This document shows, piece after piece, positions 55,719-64,000 of a stretch of DNA of 64,000 nucleotides (the stretch's first letter is position 1; every line of letters begins with the position of its first letter). The notes under the pieces were generated by a model. The model was not told where the DNA came from. It saw only the letters and a program-made list of their open reading frames with translations, and ran no database searches. The stretch is from a virus, in the IMG/VR virus record IMGVR_UViG_3300021961_008157. One strand, given 5' to 3'. A program made the translations under genes and the position numbers.

Positions 55719-56606
55719 TTAATCCGCCTTAATTTGTACGTTACTTATACTCATTGATGTGGTGCTACCACACATTGCACCCCATGAGCATGAACCATTC
55801 CACCAGCCCTGGGGTTGCCCGGGACTCCAACCGCCCTGCCAAATACTAGCATGAATCCAATAACCATTGTTCATGCTGGTTTTAAGATCGTTCATGTTAA
55901 TAGAACCGCTGCCACTATATCCAGACCCAACAGTTGAATCATACACTACCACGCTGTTGCTCCCTTGAGTGTATGTGACTTTATATGTGGGAGTGTCACC
56001 ATAGGTAAAGTCAGCAGTCATTTGTACTGGTTTGGTAATGTCAATAATGCCGGCTAACTTGTGCGATCCCCCTGATGGATTGTCGCTCATTTTACTAGAA
56101 TCATAGCAGCTGGTGTTCAATGCTTTGTCAGTATAGCTAAGTTCAAATCGTTGTGGTGCATTTATGCCACCGTTGCCTGTGTGAATTGTAGTTTGAATTA
56201 CTGCGTTGGCGTTGGATTCAAGCATGTCAATTTCACGGCAATTTTGATCAGTCAAGTTGCCCCCAGCATCACAATAGTCTTTGCCCGAGTTTGAACGGGT
56301 GGGATTGGTTGGATTGCTTACCATATAAAAAGTATGATTTACAAAATTACTAGTGGCTCGGCTGAGATCAACAGTGGCTGTAATTTGTGTGATGTTTTTG
56401 TATGATTGCTTGCTTACCACTCGTCCCGCGGCACACGAAGACGTGCCAAAAGACACAGCGCCCGGTGTATTCACATCAGGATTGGTGTCGCAACTTTTAT
56501 AGTCTACTACAAATGTTGGTGTGTATGTGGTTTGTGCTGTGCTTGTTACTGTTGGTTTACATCCGACTAATAATGATAAAAATACCAGTGTTACTAATTG
56601 TTTCAT
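55719..56606 (-). CDS. Lipoprotein with GH7/GH16-like (clan GH-B) glycoside hydrolase motifs
   Basis: Lipobox LVGC; YCDA...CREIDMLESN. Confidence 0.6.
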   Translation of the reverse strand: MKQLVTLVFLSLLVGCKPTVTSTAQTTYTPTFVVDYKSCDTNPDVNTPGAVSFGTSSCAAGRVVSKQSYKNITQITATVDLSRATSNFVNHTFYMVSNPTNPTRSNSGKDYCDAGGNLTDQNCREIDMLESNANAVIQTTIHTGNGGINAPQRFELSYTDKALNTSCYDSSKMSDNPSGGSHKLAGIIDITKPVQMTADFTYGDTPTYKVTYTQGSNSVVVYDSTVGSGYSGSGSINMNDLKTSMNNGYWIHASIWQGGWSPGQPQGWWNGSCSWGAMCGSTTSMSISNVQIKAD

Positions 56607-56645
56607 GTTACTTCCTTCAATTTTATTTAACAATATAGACGGTCC

Positions 56646-56930
56646 TTACCACCATTTCATTGCCACACCAAATCCAAATACATTTACACAAGCAAAGTAT
56701 GCTGTCAGGAGCATGGGCCACGGAATGCCCCGGCGGTAATACGCATACACTCCGGCGATAGAACCAATGAAAAATCCGGGATACACAATACGCATGTCAG
56801 GATTGTCAGCAGTTAATGCCAGCGTTAAACTGGCTCCTACAGTTGTTATAAAACTAACCAGCTCGTAGTAAAAGGCAGTGCGATCGATTTTATAGCTTTG
56901 GATCCAAAAGGCTATTATTTTTTGTTTCAT
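56646..56930 (-). CDS. Small three-TM membrane protein
   Basis: Hydrophobic segments. Confidence 0.65.
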   Translation of the reverse strand: MKQKIIAFWIQSYKIDRTAFYYELVSFITTVGASLTLALTADNPDMRIVYPGFFIGSIAGVYAYYRRGIPWPMLLTAYFACVNVFGFGVAMKWW

Positions 56931-56949
56931 CGTTTGTTGCGTGTTTTGC

Positions 56950-57048
56950 CTATAAAATTCTGATCATTACCATTACTGTTATTACTGCCACTGCCGCTAT
57001 TAGTATTAGATCCGACACCGTTTCCTTGATCTTGTTCTTGTCCATCAT
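56950..57048 (-). CDS. Putative single-TM mini protein MMDKNKIKETVSDLILIAAVAVITVMVMIRIL
   Basis: Below the ORF-track cutoff; ATGA-coupled to the upstream gene; flanked by a 24-bp imperfect repeat. Confidence 0.45.
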   Translation of the reverse strand: MMDKNKIKETVSDLILIAAVAVITVMVMIRIL

Positions 57049-57347
57049 CGCTTGCTGCGTGTTTCGCCCATGGACATTCCCCATGTGCCATCTTCATCTA
57101 CGCCGCCTGCTCGTGCGTCCTGCTGCGACATTTTAGCTGTTTCTGCATTCCGTGCAGCGTCGGCAGCTTGTGATTGCCAGCTACTTTCATCATCAACGTT
57201 CCCAGTTTCTTCTTCCTCAATGGGCACACAGTTGTTGACTCGCACGCCACCTTTCATTTTGGTTTTGGGATTGCCAATCTTTTTACCTGACCAGCATTTG
57301 GGATCTAGCCGTGTTTTTTCTTCAATTATGATGTCTTGGATTTTCAT
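57045..57347 (-). CDS. Small putative virion protein
   Basis: N-terminus MKIQDIIIEE, CW.G.K...VNNCVP module, GVDE. Confidence 0.6.
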   Translation of the reverse strand: MKIQDIIIEEKTRLDPKCWSGKKIGNPKTKMKGGVRVNNCVPIEEEETGNVDDESSWQSQAADAARNAETAKMSQQDARAGGVDEDGTWGMSMGETRSKR

Positions 57348-57359
57348 ATGTACCTTTGT

Positions 57360-59354
57360 TTATGTTCGGCTGGTATAGTCCTTGAAGTTTTCCGCACGAT
57401 CTTGTAACCCCCGCATACCCGGATTGATCATTCGGGTTACTGCGGCTACGTCATTGTAGTTATCTACATTGGGCTGCACACGATGTTTCCAGTACCACAC
57501 AGCCACTTGTGCTGCTACTGCTGGATCTTCAACTAATTCTGGTCGTTGTTCAAGTGGTAATCCCAGTGCTTGTCCAGCTACTTTGTAGTTGTGTCGCCCG
57601 GTCAATTGTATAAACCCACGACCTTTGTAGCGTTCACCATCACCAGCAAACTTATTGCCTAGTGCCCGTGCTTTCTTTGGTGCGTGTTTAGGATCGTATT
57701 TCCGAAAGTCTAACTTACCGCCAATTTCTTTTAGTCGTTTAAAGTCCAGTGTTTCGTGGGCGCATTGTGCCATAAACGCTGCTAGTTCAGTGCCGGCTAG
57801 ACCAGCACGTTGAGCAACAGATTTTAACACATTTTCAAGTGGACTGTTTGTTATATTTTTTATTTGCGCCGGTGCTTTGGGTTGTGCCTGCTTGGCTGTT
57901 TGTGCTTTTTGCACGCCTTGGGCAATGGAACTTTTTGCAACTGGTGCTTGGATTTGTTTTGCTGGTTGCTGTGGTGCAGGAGCAGTTGCTACTGGAGCGG
58001 TGCTGCTTGAACTCCATTTATTAAACGCATCTTTTGCAGCCATACCACCAGCGCCACCTGCACCAATAGCGCCAGCAATAGCCAAGTTTCCTAGAGTGTC
58101 CTTCCAACCTTCTCCGAGTGGCAATGATTGTTTTAAGAACTGCTCACCTTCACTGGTAACATACCAATATCCGTCATCGTTGATAGCATAACCATTGCTA
58201 TCTAAACTGTCTAACACGTTGTCATATTCTGCGGTGCGTGACTCATCTTCGATAAAATCCATACCTAATTTTGCTGCTGTATAGATAGCGTGTAATACTA
58301 ATATCTTGCCGTAACCCTTACCTTTGTATTCGGGATTGACTTCAGCAATGCTGCGTCCACTGTTTGCGTCATATTGATAACCGCCTGCAGGTTTGCCGTT
58401 AACTGTCATTTCAGTAGCAAACTTATTACGACCTTTACGAACTGAAATAGCAACTTGCTCTACTGACTCCGCCACACCTTGCTTCTTTGCCCAGTCGTCT
58501 GGAGAAACTTTATTTTTTTCAATAAATCGATCGTGTAGTTTGCTCGGTGTTATTTTATGATTTTTGGCCACAGTTTGCATCATGTGATCTATGGCGTCAT
58601 AACTGTGGGGATCTTTAAGATCTTTTTCTAAATCTTCAACGCTGTCTTCGTTGGCTTTCTTTTTCCCACCTTTCATATTGGCGCACCAGTGATACATTTT
58701 GCCTTTTTCGCCTGAGTACTTTTTGGCCTTAGCCCGCAAGTCAGTTACTGAACCAGCGCAACTTGCGCCCGCTGCTTTTACACGACCTGGGCGACTTTTA
58801 CCTTTTACTTTACCGTCAGCAAAGTTTTCCGCCACACCTTGTTCCCAGATATTTTTACCCGGTTTGTGTTTGTCCCAGAATGCAGCACCGGCATCTGTTT
58901 GCTGTCCACTGCGGCGTATTCTATATCCCTTACTCTTAACATAATCATACATTGTGGCGGCAATGCCTTGACCACGGAAGCGTTCATCAACTTCTAAGTC
59001 TTGTGGATTGAGAACCATGCCTTGACTGTCATAATCTATTGTAAATAATACATGTCCTAATTCTCTACTACCTGCTGATGCCTTGACAAATACTTCTCCA
59101 TCATCATCATCTTTTTGAAGTAAAATGTTTATACCGCCGTAGTTTTCTCTGTTCTCTGCCACACCAGCGGTGCTGCCCAGTCCTGGTAGTTTTACACCAA
59201 TAACATCTTGCACCAAGTCCCAACCCTGTTTGTATTTTTTCGCAGCGATTAAACGTTTGAGTTCGGCTTTTTGCTCAGCCGTGGCCAATGTGAAAAACTT
59301 AAAAGTTTCCATTGCGCCTATGTTACGCTTGTAACTCAACTCATTTAATCGCAT
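57360..59354 (-). CDS. Modular polyprotein: two GNAT-like modules, small modules, C-terminal GH19 lysozyme
   Basis: FRGQGIA and YKGKGYG acetyl-CoA motifs; AQCAHET, YKGRGFIQLTGRHNY, VTRMIN; GVAE linkers. Confidence 0.8.
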   Translation of the reverse strand: MRLNELSYKRNIGAMETFKFFTLATAEQKAELKRLIAAKKYKQGWDLVQDVIGVKLPGLGSTAGVAENRENYGGINILLQKDDDDGEVFVKASAGSRELGHVLFTIDYDSQGMVLNPQDLEVDERFRGQGIAATMYDYVKSKGYRIRRSGQQTDAGAAFWDKHKPGKNIWEQGVAENFADGKVKGKSRPGRVKAAGASCAGSVTDLRAKAKKYSGEKGKMYHWCANMKGGKKKANEDSVEDLEKDLKDPHSYDAIDHMMQTVAKNHKITPSKLHDRFIEKNKVSPDDWAKKQGVAESVEQVAISVRKGRNKFATEMTVNGKPAGGYQYDANSGRSIAEVNPEYKGKGYGKILVLHAIYTAAKLGMDFIEDESRTAEYDNVLDSLDSNGYAINDDGYWYVTSEGEQFLKQSLPLGEGWKDTLGNLAIAGAIGAGGAGGMAAKDAFNKWSSSSTAPVATAPAPQQPAKQIQAPVAKSSIAQGVQKAQTAKQAQPKAPAQIKNITNSPLENVLKSVAQRAGLAGTELAAFMAQCAHETLDFKRLKEIGGKLDFRKYDPKHAPKKARALGNKFAGDGERYKGRGFIQLTGRHNYKVAGQALGLPLEQRPELVEDPAVAAQVAVWYWKHRVQPNVDNYNDVAAVTRMINPGMRGLQDRAENFKDYTSRT

Positions 59355-59365
59355 ACGTGTTGCTT

Positions 59366-60511
59366 TTATTCGTCAATATAGTTTTTAACCAGCAAAACAT
59401 CAAATCCGCCAGAAACACTGGCATTGGTGTTTAACACTGATAACACTCTCATTATCATGTCAGTTTTTTCCGGGAATCGAATGCCCCCATATATGACATT
59501 TTGGAGTCTAAACGTTGTGCCAATAGCCGTTTGATTTAAAATACGCTCTGCTTTCCCAAATTCACGAACCCACCCGGCAACGATAGCTTGATTTGTTTGT
59601 GCATCTAACAGCGAAGCACTAAACTCTTTAACATATGCAGTATAACCAGCGGGAACAGTATAAGCAGCAATAGCACTTTGTCCTGCAGCCGCGGGCAGGA
59701 CCATGAATATATTGGCCGTTGTAGTAGTATGCTGTGCTGTTAAGGTGCCTACATTACTCACCTGACCTGCTGCGGGCGTTTGTACAATGCCTAAACTCAT
59801 GCGCCAAAATGTCAAAGTAGTTACACCAACACCTGATCCATTCAAAGTTACAACTTCATCTATTGGATTGTAATTAAAATCCAAGCCGTATAATTTTACA
59901 GTCAAGCCAGCATCTGTCGCGCCGGCGCTGCTGGTCACAGTCAGCGTTTCGGCAGTGCCTGTTGTGGGGAATCCAGTATAAAAGCCGCCACCGTTCCACA
60001 CATCTTCGGGACCATCAACGTCAGTGTTGAATCCAACTCGATTAACAATAGTACGGCCTTGATATTTGCCTTCGGCTACAAGATCAATTGCGTCCATGCT
60101 GCGCACCACAATAGAGTCAGCGTCAAATGACACCGTGTCATCAAGTCTTGTAGTGGGTATAGCAATTTTGGCACTGGTACTGAGCACGGTTACTACATCA
60201 GTAGTGCTGGTGCTCCCGCTGGCGTTTTCAATACGCAAGCGAAAGTATGGACTGATCGAAACAAAGTTGTGAATTTTGCCTGTCAACACTACATTTGAGT
60301 CGCTAATTTGTAAGATTCGTATGGGATTGGTTCCGTCAGTACTAAATTCAGCATATGCTGTTACTGCCTGGTTGGTGCTCATTGTCGTTGATATGCTGGC
60401 ATATGGAACTACATAATCCCAGCCACCTGTCCATGATTGACCTGTTAGTATGTCAGCAGTGGTGCTGTTGTTTGTGCTTACAGTTCCTGTTTGAGTGTAT
60501 AAAAAGCTCAT
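59366..60511 (-). CDS. Beta-rich putative virion/tail-associated protein
   Basis: Thr/Gly/Val-rich, YTVPAG motif, structural context. Confidence 0.5.
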   Translation of the reverse strand: MSFLYTQTGTVSTNNSTTADILTGQSWTGGWDYVVPYASISTTMSTNQAVTAYAEFSTDGTNPIRILQISDSNVVLTGKIHNFVSISPYFRLRIENASGSTSTTDVVTVLSTSAKIAIPTTRLDDTVSFDADSIVVRSMDAIDLVAEGKYQGRTIVNRVGFNTDVDGPEDVWNGGGFYTGFPTTGTAETLTVTSSAGATDAGLTVKLYGLDFNYNPIDEVVTLNGSGVGVTTLTFWRMSLGIVQTPAAGQVSNVGTLTAQHTTTTANIFMVLPAAAGQSAIAAYTVPAGYTAYVKEFSASLLDAQTNQAIVAGWVREFGKAERILNQTAIGTTFRLQNVIYGGIRFPEKTDMIMRVLSVLNTNASVSGGFDVLLVKNYIDE

Positions 60512-60945
60512 TATATTATTCTCCATCCGTTATTGTATATCATAGCCAGTGCTCCATTGTTGACTGCCAGCGTTGCACCACCAGCATCGTTGTCTATGGT
60601 TCCCACTAGTACTATGTTGTTGACGTTGCAATTGCCGCTTTCGTCTTTAATTGTAATTTGTTTACCGGCCACTGCGCTGGTTGGTAGGGTAACAGTACAG
60701 ACACCCGCATAGTTTATGCCAACATAGTAGTCATCAGTAGCCAGTGTATAAGAAGATGTAGTCACCGTGGTTGTATTATATACCGGCGCACCAGTGTTGT
60801 ATATAAGCGTACCACCGGGTGTTACGCCGTCACCAATACGTAGCCGAGGGTCGGCTTCACTGTACCAAATTTTTCCTAAATCTCCTACATACGTGGCTGC
60901 ATCACCTTTGGTTTTGAAGCTACTCCATATTTTGTAAAAGCTCAT
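60511..60945 (-). CDS. Small tail fibre/baseplate-like protein
   Basis: IGDGVTPGG and TVTLP...GKQITIKDESG motifs. Confidence 0.55.
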   Translation of the reverse strand: MSFYKIWSSFKTKGDAATYVGDLGKIWYSEADPRLRIGDGVTPGGTLIYNTGAPVYNTTTVTTSSYTLATDDYYVGINYAGVCTVTLPTSAVAGKQITIKDESGNCNVNNIVLVGTIDNDAGGATLAVNNGALAMIYNNGWRII

Positions 60946-60959
60946 TTTAATGCCCTTTA

Positions 60960-63900
60960 TTATCTCATCTCGGGTACTACTTCAATCTCGGCACTTTCTG
61001 GTGGAGGATTGTATCGTCCATTTCGAATGGCTGCCAACAACCATTCTTGGGCTTTGCGGTTAGCATCCCCTTGATTGTTGCCAATGCCACTGAGTCTGTG
61101 TATTTCTTGGCCGTTGACTTTAATTATCCATTGTCCAGTAAACTCACCGCCTGGTTGCTGTGTGCTTGCTGCGGGTTGTGGCTCTTGTTGCTGTGCTTGA
61201 GCAGCACGTTGGCGCTGTAGGTCTACAGTAGAACCAGGTAATGGACCACGGCGTAAACCAATTGAACCACGGGTCATGCCACTATCTCTAACCATTTCGT
61301 CTCTATACCTATTACCAATTTCTATAGCCATTTCGTCGTCGGCAGCATAGTATGTGCGATAAACTTGGCCAGTTTCGCGACTAAACATTTCATACTTTAC
61401 GCTTTGATTAGAACCAGTGGGTGTTATTGACATTGGACGATCACGCCTAAATTCTGAATCGCTGCCACCGGCTGGTTGCCCCAATGTCTGATTATCATCA
61501 CGTTGAGCTAACCAAACTTGATCTGGATGTTCTTGTCTCCATTGTCTTAACACAATATTGGCATCATCGATGTTAGCCGCCATGAATCGGTAATATACAC
61601 TGGTTCTATCACTTTCAGGTGTAATAACATAGTTACCGTCAGGGTTACTTGGACGACCATTTACTGTTGGTCCCGACCGTTGCCCAACTGCTTGTGGTTC
61701 ACCTACTGTTGCTCGAACTGGTTCTTTATTGTACGGTGCAACGGGTTTGGCTTCTAAGTTTGCAGCACTTGCCCAATCTGGATAATTCTCTGGTTGTGTT
61801 GCTATTCTAATCGCTTCTTCTTTGGATGACGCAACAACTTTAATGCTGGCCATATAACCTGGGCGGCTAACTTCCCACCAAAACTTTTCATCACCAGTAT
61901 CGCCCTTTTTAACCTTACGCTCTAGTTGTGCTTGTTTGATAAAACTCTTTAAATCTTCTTTAGGCATTTCACCTGCTACATACTTGGCAAAGTATTCCAA
62001 TGTGTCTTTGCCCGAGCCATTTGGTGACAGCACTTTGTATAACTTCTTCAAGTATTCTTGACGATACTTTTTAGGATCCATAGCAGCATCAGTAGCCACA
62101 ACAAAGCGCAGTAGTGTATTTTCTAACTTGTCTACATTTGCCGCATACTCACCCAACCAATCGCCCCCGGGACTGCGGAATTCAATATAGTTGCCCTTTG
62201 TATTGATGCTTGTGTATTTCTGTGTTTCGCCAGAGTGAATGATTTTAGTTGCCATCGCTTCTAAATTATCTTTCATTTTCTTTAGCAAAGCAGCCGCATC
62301 TTCGGGACGCTGATTTATACGATCGCGCACAATCCTCATAGCACTTTTAGTATATGTATTGGCTGAACGACCAAATTGATCCAGTACATATTCATCGCCT
62401 AACAGCAATGCCAGTTTAACATAGTCAAGTTTATCAGTTGACAAGTCGGGTATGCTAACATTCATATGTAAGCCGGTGGAATCGTTTGTGTACGCACCAA
62501 CTCTGCCTGCCCACTTTACAACTTTTTCCAAGTCATCGAGCATTTCATCTAGTGGTAGCGGAGGACTAATAAACTCAAGACCAGATTCGCCACTATTGTC
62601 GGGATCTAAACTGCTGTCAGGTTCAATAACATAGTCTGTGGCGTTCCGCTTGGCACCGTGATAACTTGATGAGTACTGAACTTTGCGACCAATAGCATCC
62701 TCAAAATCCGACGCAATCGATCCTATATCTGTTTCGGGTTCAGGGTTGTAATAATGTGGCCAAGCGATATCGTGGCTTCCGGAAATATCACTCATGTTGG
62801 GATAAACAGCGTCCAGGAATTCTCGCTCTTCAGTATTGTTAAACGCTTCTTCCCTGTAATCATCATATGCTTCTTGATGAAAACTGTTGGTATTTTCTAT
62901 TGAATACTCAACAAAGTTCTTCCAGTCTTCTTTAGTCAGTTCATGATCTTCGGGTAATTCTAATACTTCTCTAACATCATCGTCGCTGGCATTTTCTTTA
63001 ACCCAATCCCAGACACGTTCTTCCTCATCCTCTTCCCAGTTTTCATCTATACGCTCACCTAACCATTCAAAAAATTCATCTTGTAAATTTTCTATTAGGC
63101 GATCAACTTCACGGCGGGAGTTGTAGTCATTATCATGAAAGAATTCTCTAATGTCAGCCCAACTACGGCTGCGTTGATCTGAATCATAATCAGGTTCTAT
63201 GTCGCCGTCACCGTAACTATCTGTATCAACACCCGGAACGATCATTTCAAATTCCATGCCAGCACGAGCGTCAATGTTTCGTGCTAAATCGCGCAAAGAA
63301 CTAATGCTCATGTTGATTTCAAACAGTGCTTCTTCGGTTAATGATTCATTTACATTATAAGTAGGATCAGTTTTGACTTTCTTCATGCCCGCCGGTTGTG
63401 CAGGATCACGAGGATCAATGTCTGTTATATCCAGACCTGTAGCTTCTAAATCTTTAATAAACTTGTGTTCTGTATCTTCGTCGCCGAAACTGATGATAGA
63501 ACTGGGAGGTCCCTTGCCAAAATCGTGTTTACCAAGGCCCTTTAAGTTGCTGATGTGTTGTCCCAATTTGTACCAGTCGTATACATCGCTTACATCTACA
63601 CGCAAAGTACCCTTTGGCATAGTGGGTTTGGATTCTGGCCCAGGTGGATGATCAGGACTGTAATCTTCAGCAGTCCGGCCAGGTAGTCGCCCTGTTTCTT
63701 TAAACTCCCGCAAAGCATTGGCCAGCCCTTTCATCAACAGTTCAGGATGTCCTTGGCTGTCAGTGTTTAAATTTAATTTGTTGGCTTCTTTACCAGTGGC
63801 ACCGGGTTTAACATCTTTGGTCAGGGCCATAGACCAGCGCGGATCACGGGCCTGCTTTTTTGTTGGAATGTACCCCGAGCTTTCGTTGGCGTTGGCAGCA

Positions 63901-63998
63901 CGGCGCAGAATGTTTTTAACACCTTGGCGAGCTCCATATTTTAAATCGTCTTTAGAAATTCGACTGAGATGTACAGCAGATTTAACAGCTTCGGCACC
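60960..63998 (-). CDS. Large modular protein with amidoligase (COOH-NH2 ligase type 2) domain; 5' end beyond the window
   Basis: GMEFE, EPDSSL, GLEFISP, STGLHMNVS, KYTSIN and IEFR motifs; frame stays open upstream of 63830 to the window edge. Confidence 0.75.
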   Translation of the reverse strand, partial: GAEAVKSAVHLSRISKDDLKYGARQGVKNILRRAANANESSGYIPTKKQARDPRWSMALTKDVKPGATGKEANKLNLNTDSQGHPELLMKGLANALREFKETGRLPGRTAEDYSPDHPPGPESKPTMPKGTLRVDVSDVYDWYKLGQHISNLKGLGKHDFGKGPPSSIISFGDEDTEHKFIKDLEATGLDITDIDPRDPAQPAGMKKVKTDPTYNVNESLTEEALFEINMSISSLRDLARNIDARAGMEFEMIVPGVDTDSYGDGDIEPDYDSDQRSRSWADIREFFHDNDYNSRREVDRLIENLQDEFFEWLGERIDENWEEDEEERVWDWVKENASDDDVREVLELPEDHELTKEDWKNFVEYSIENTNSFHQEAYDDYREEAFNNTEEREFLDAVYPNMSDISGSHDIAWPHYYNPEPETDIGSIASDFEDAIGRKVQYSSSYHGAKRNATDYVIEPDSSLDPDNSGESGLEFISPPLPLDEMLDDLEKVVKWAGRVGAYTNDSTGLHMNVSIPDLSTDKLDYVKLALLLGDEYVLDQFGRSANTYTKSAMRIVRDRINQRPEDAAALLKKMKDNLEAMATKIIHSGETQKYTSINTKGNYIEFRSPGGDWLGEYAANVDKLENTLLRFVVATDAAMDPKKYRQEYLKKLYKVLSPNGSGKDTLEYFAKYVAGEMPKEDLKSFIKQAQLERKVKKGDTGDEKFWWEVSRPGYMASIKVVASSKEEAIRIATQPENYPDWASAANLEAKPVAPYNKEPVRATVGEPQAVGQRSGPTVNGRPSNPDGNYVITPESDRTSVYYRFMAANIDDANIVLRQWRQEHPDQVWLAQRDDNQTLGQPAGGSDSEFRRDRPMSITPTGSNQSVKYEMFSRETGQVYRTYYAADDEMAIEIGNRYRDEMVRDSGMTRGSIGLRRGPLPGSTVDLQRQRAAQAQQQEPQPAASTQQPGGEFTGQWIIKVNGQEIHRLSGIGNNQGDANRKAQEWLLAAIRNGRYNPPPESAEIEVVPEMR

Positions 63999-64000
63999 TT

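Overview
This window is part of a jumbo (huge) dsDNA phage genome with T4-like features, almost entirely encoded on the minus strand. The porin, TctA/TctC, FdxA and PstS are of proteobacterial (probably freshwater Betaproteobacteria) type. The left ~26 kb is an accessory region. It holds 11 CCA-encoding tRNA genes, including a group I intron-containing tRNA-Leu(UAA), a long-variable-arm tRNA-Ile(UAU) and a tRNA-Ser(ACU). It also holds a circularly permuted tmRNA, a hammerhead ribozyme, unannotated structured RNAs, and host-like genes (porin, TonB receptor, PstS with Pho boxes, hybrid sensor kinase, STAS protein, B12 radical SAM enzymes). The middle (~26-50 kb) is the replication core (5'-3' exonuclease, clamp-like protein, family B polymerase) interleaved with a QueC-less 7-deazaguanine DNA-modification cluster (folE, queD, queE, DpdL-like, DpdA-like TGT) next to glycosyltransferase, sugar and methyltransferase genes. 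The right ~14 kb encodes probable virion/head cargo. Several of these ORFs look like polyproteins of unrelated modules joined by a repeated [Q/E/H/A]GV[A/D]E linker that is also conserved at DNA level (CAAGGTGTGGCGGAA). Several accessory genes are flanked by 24-44 bp direct repeats, which suggests duplication-insertion events. All calls come from reading the sequence; no database searches were run.
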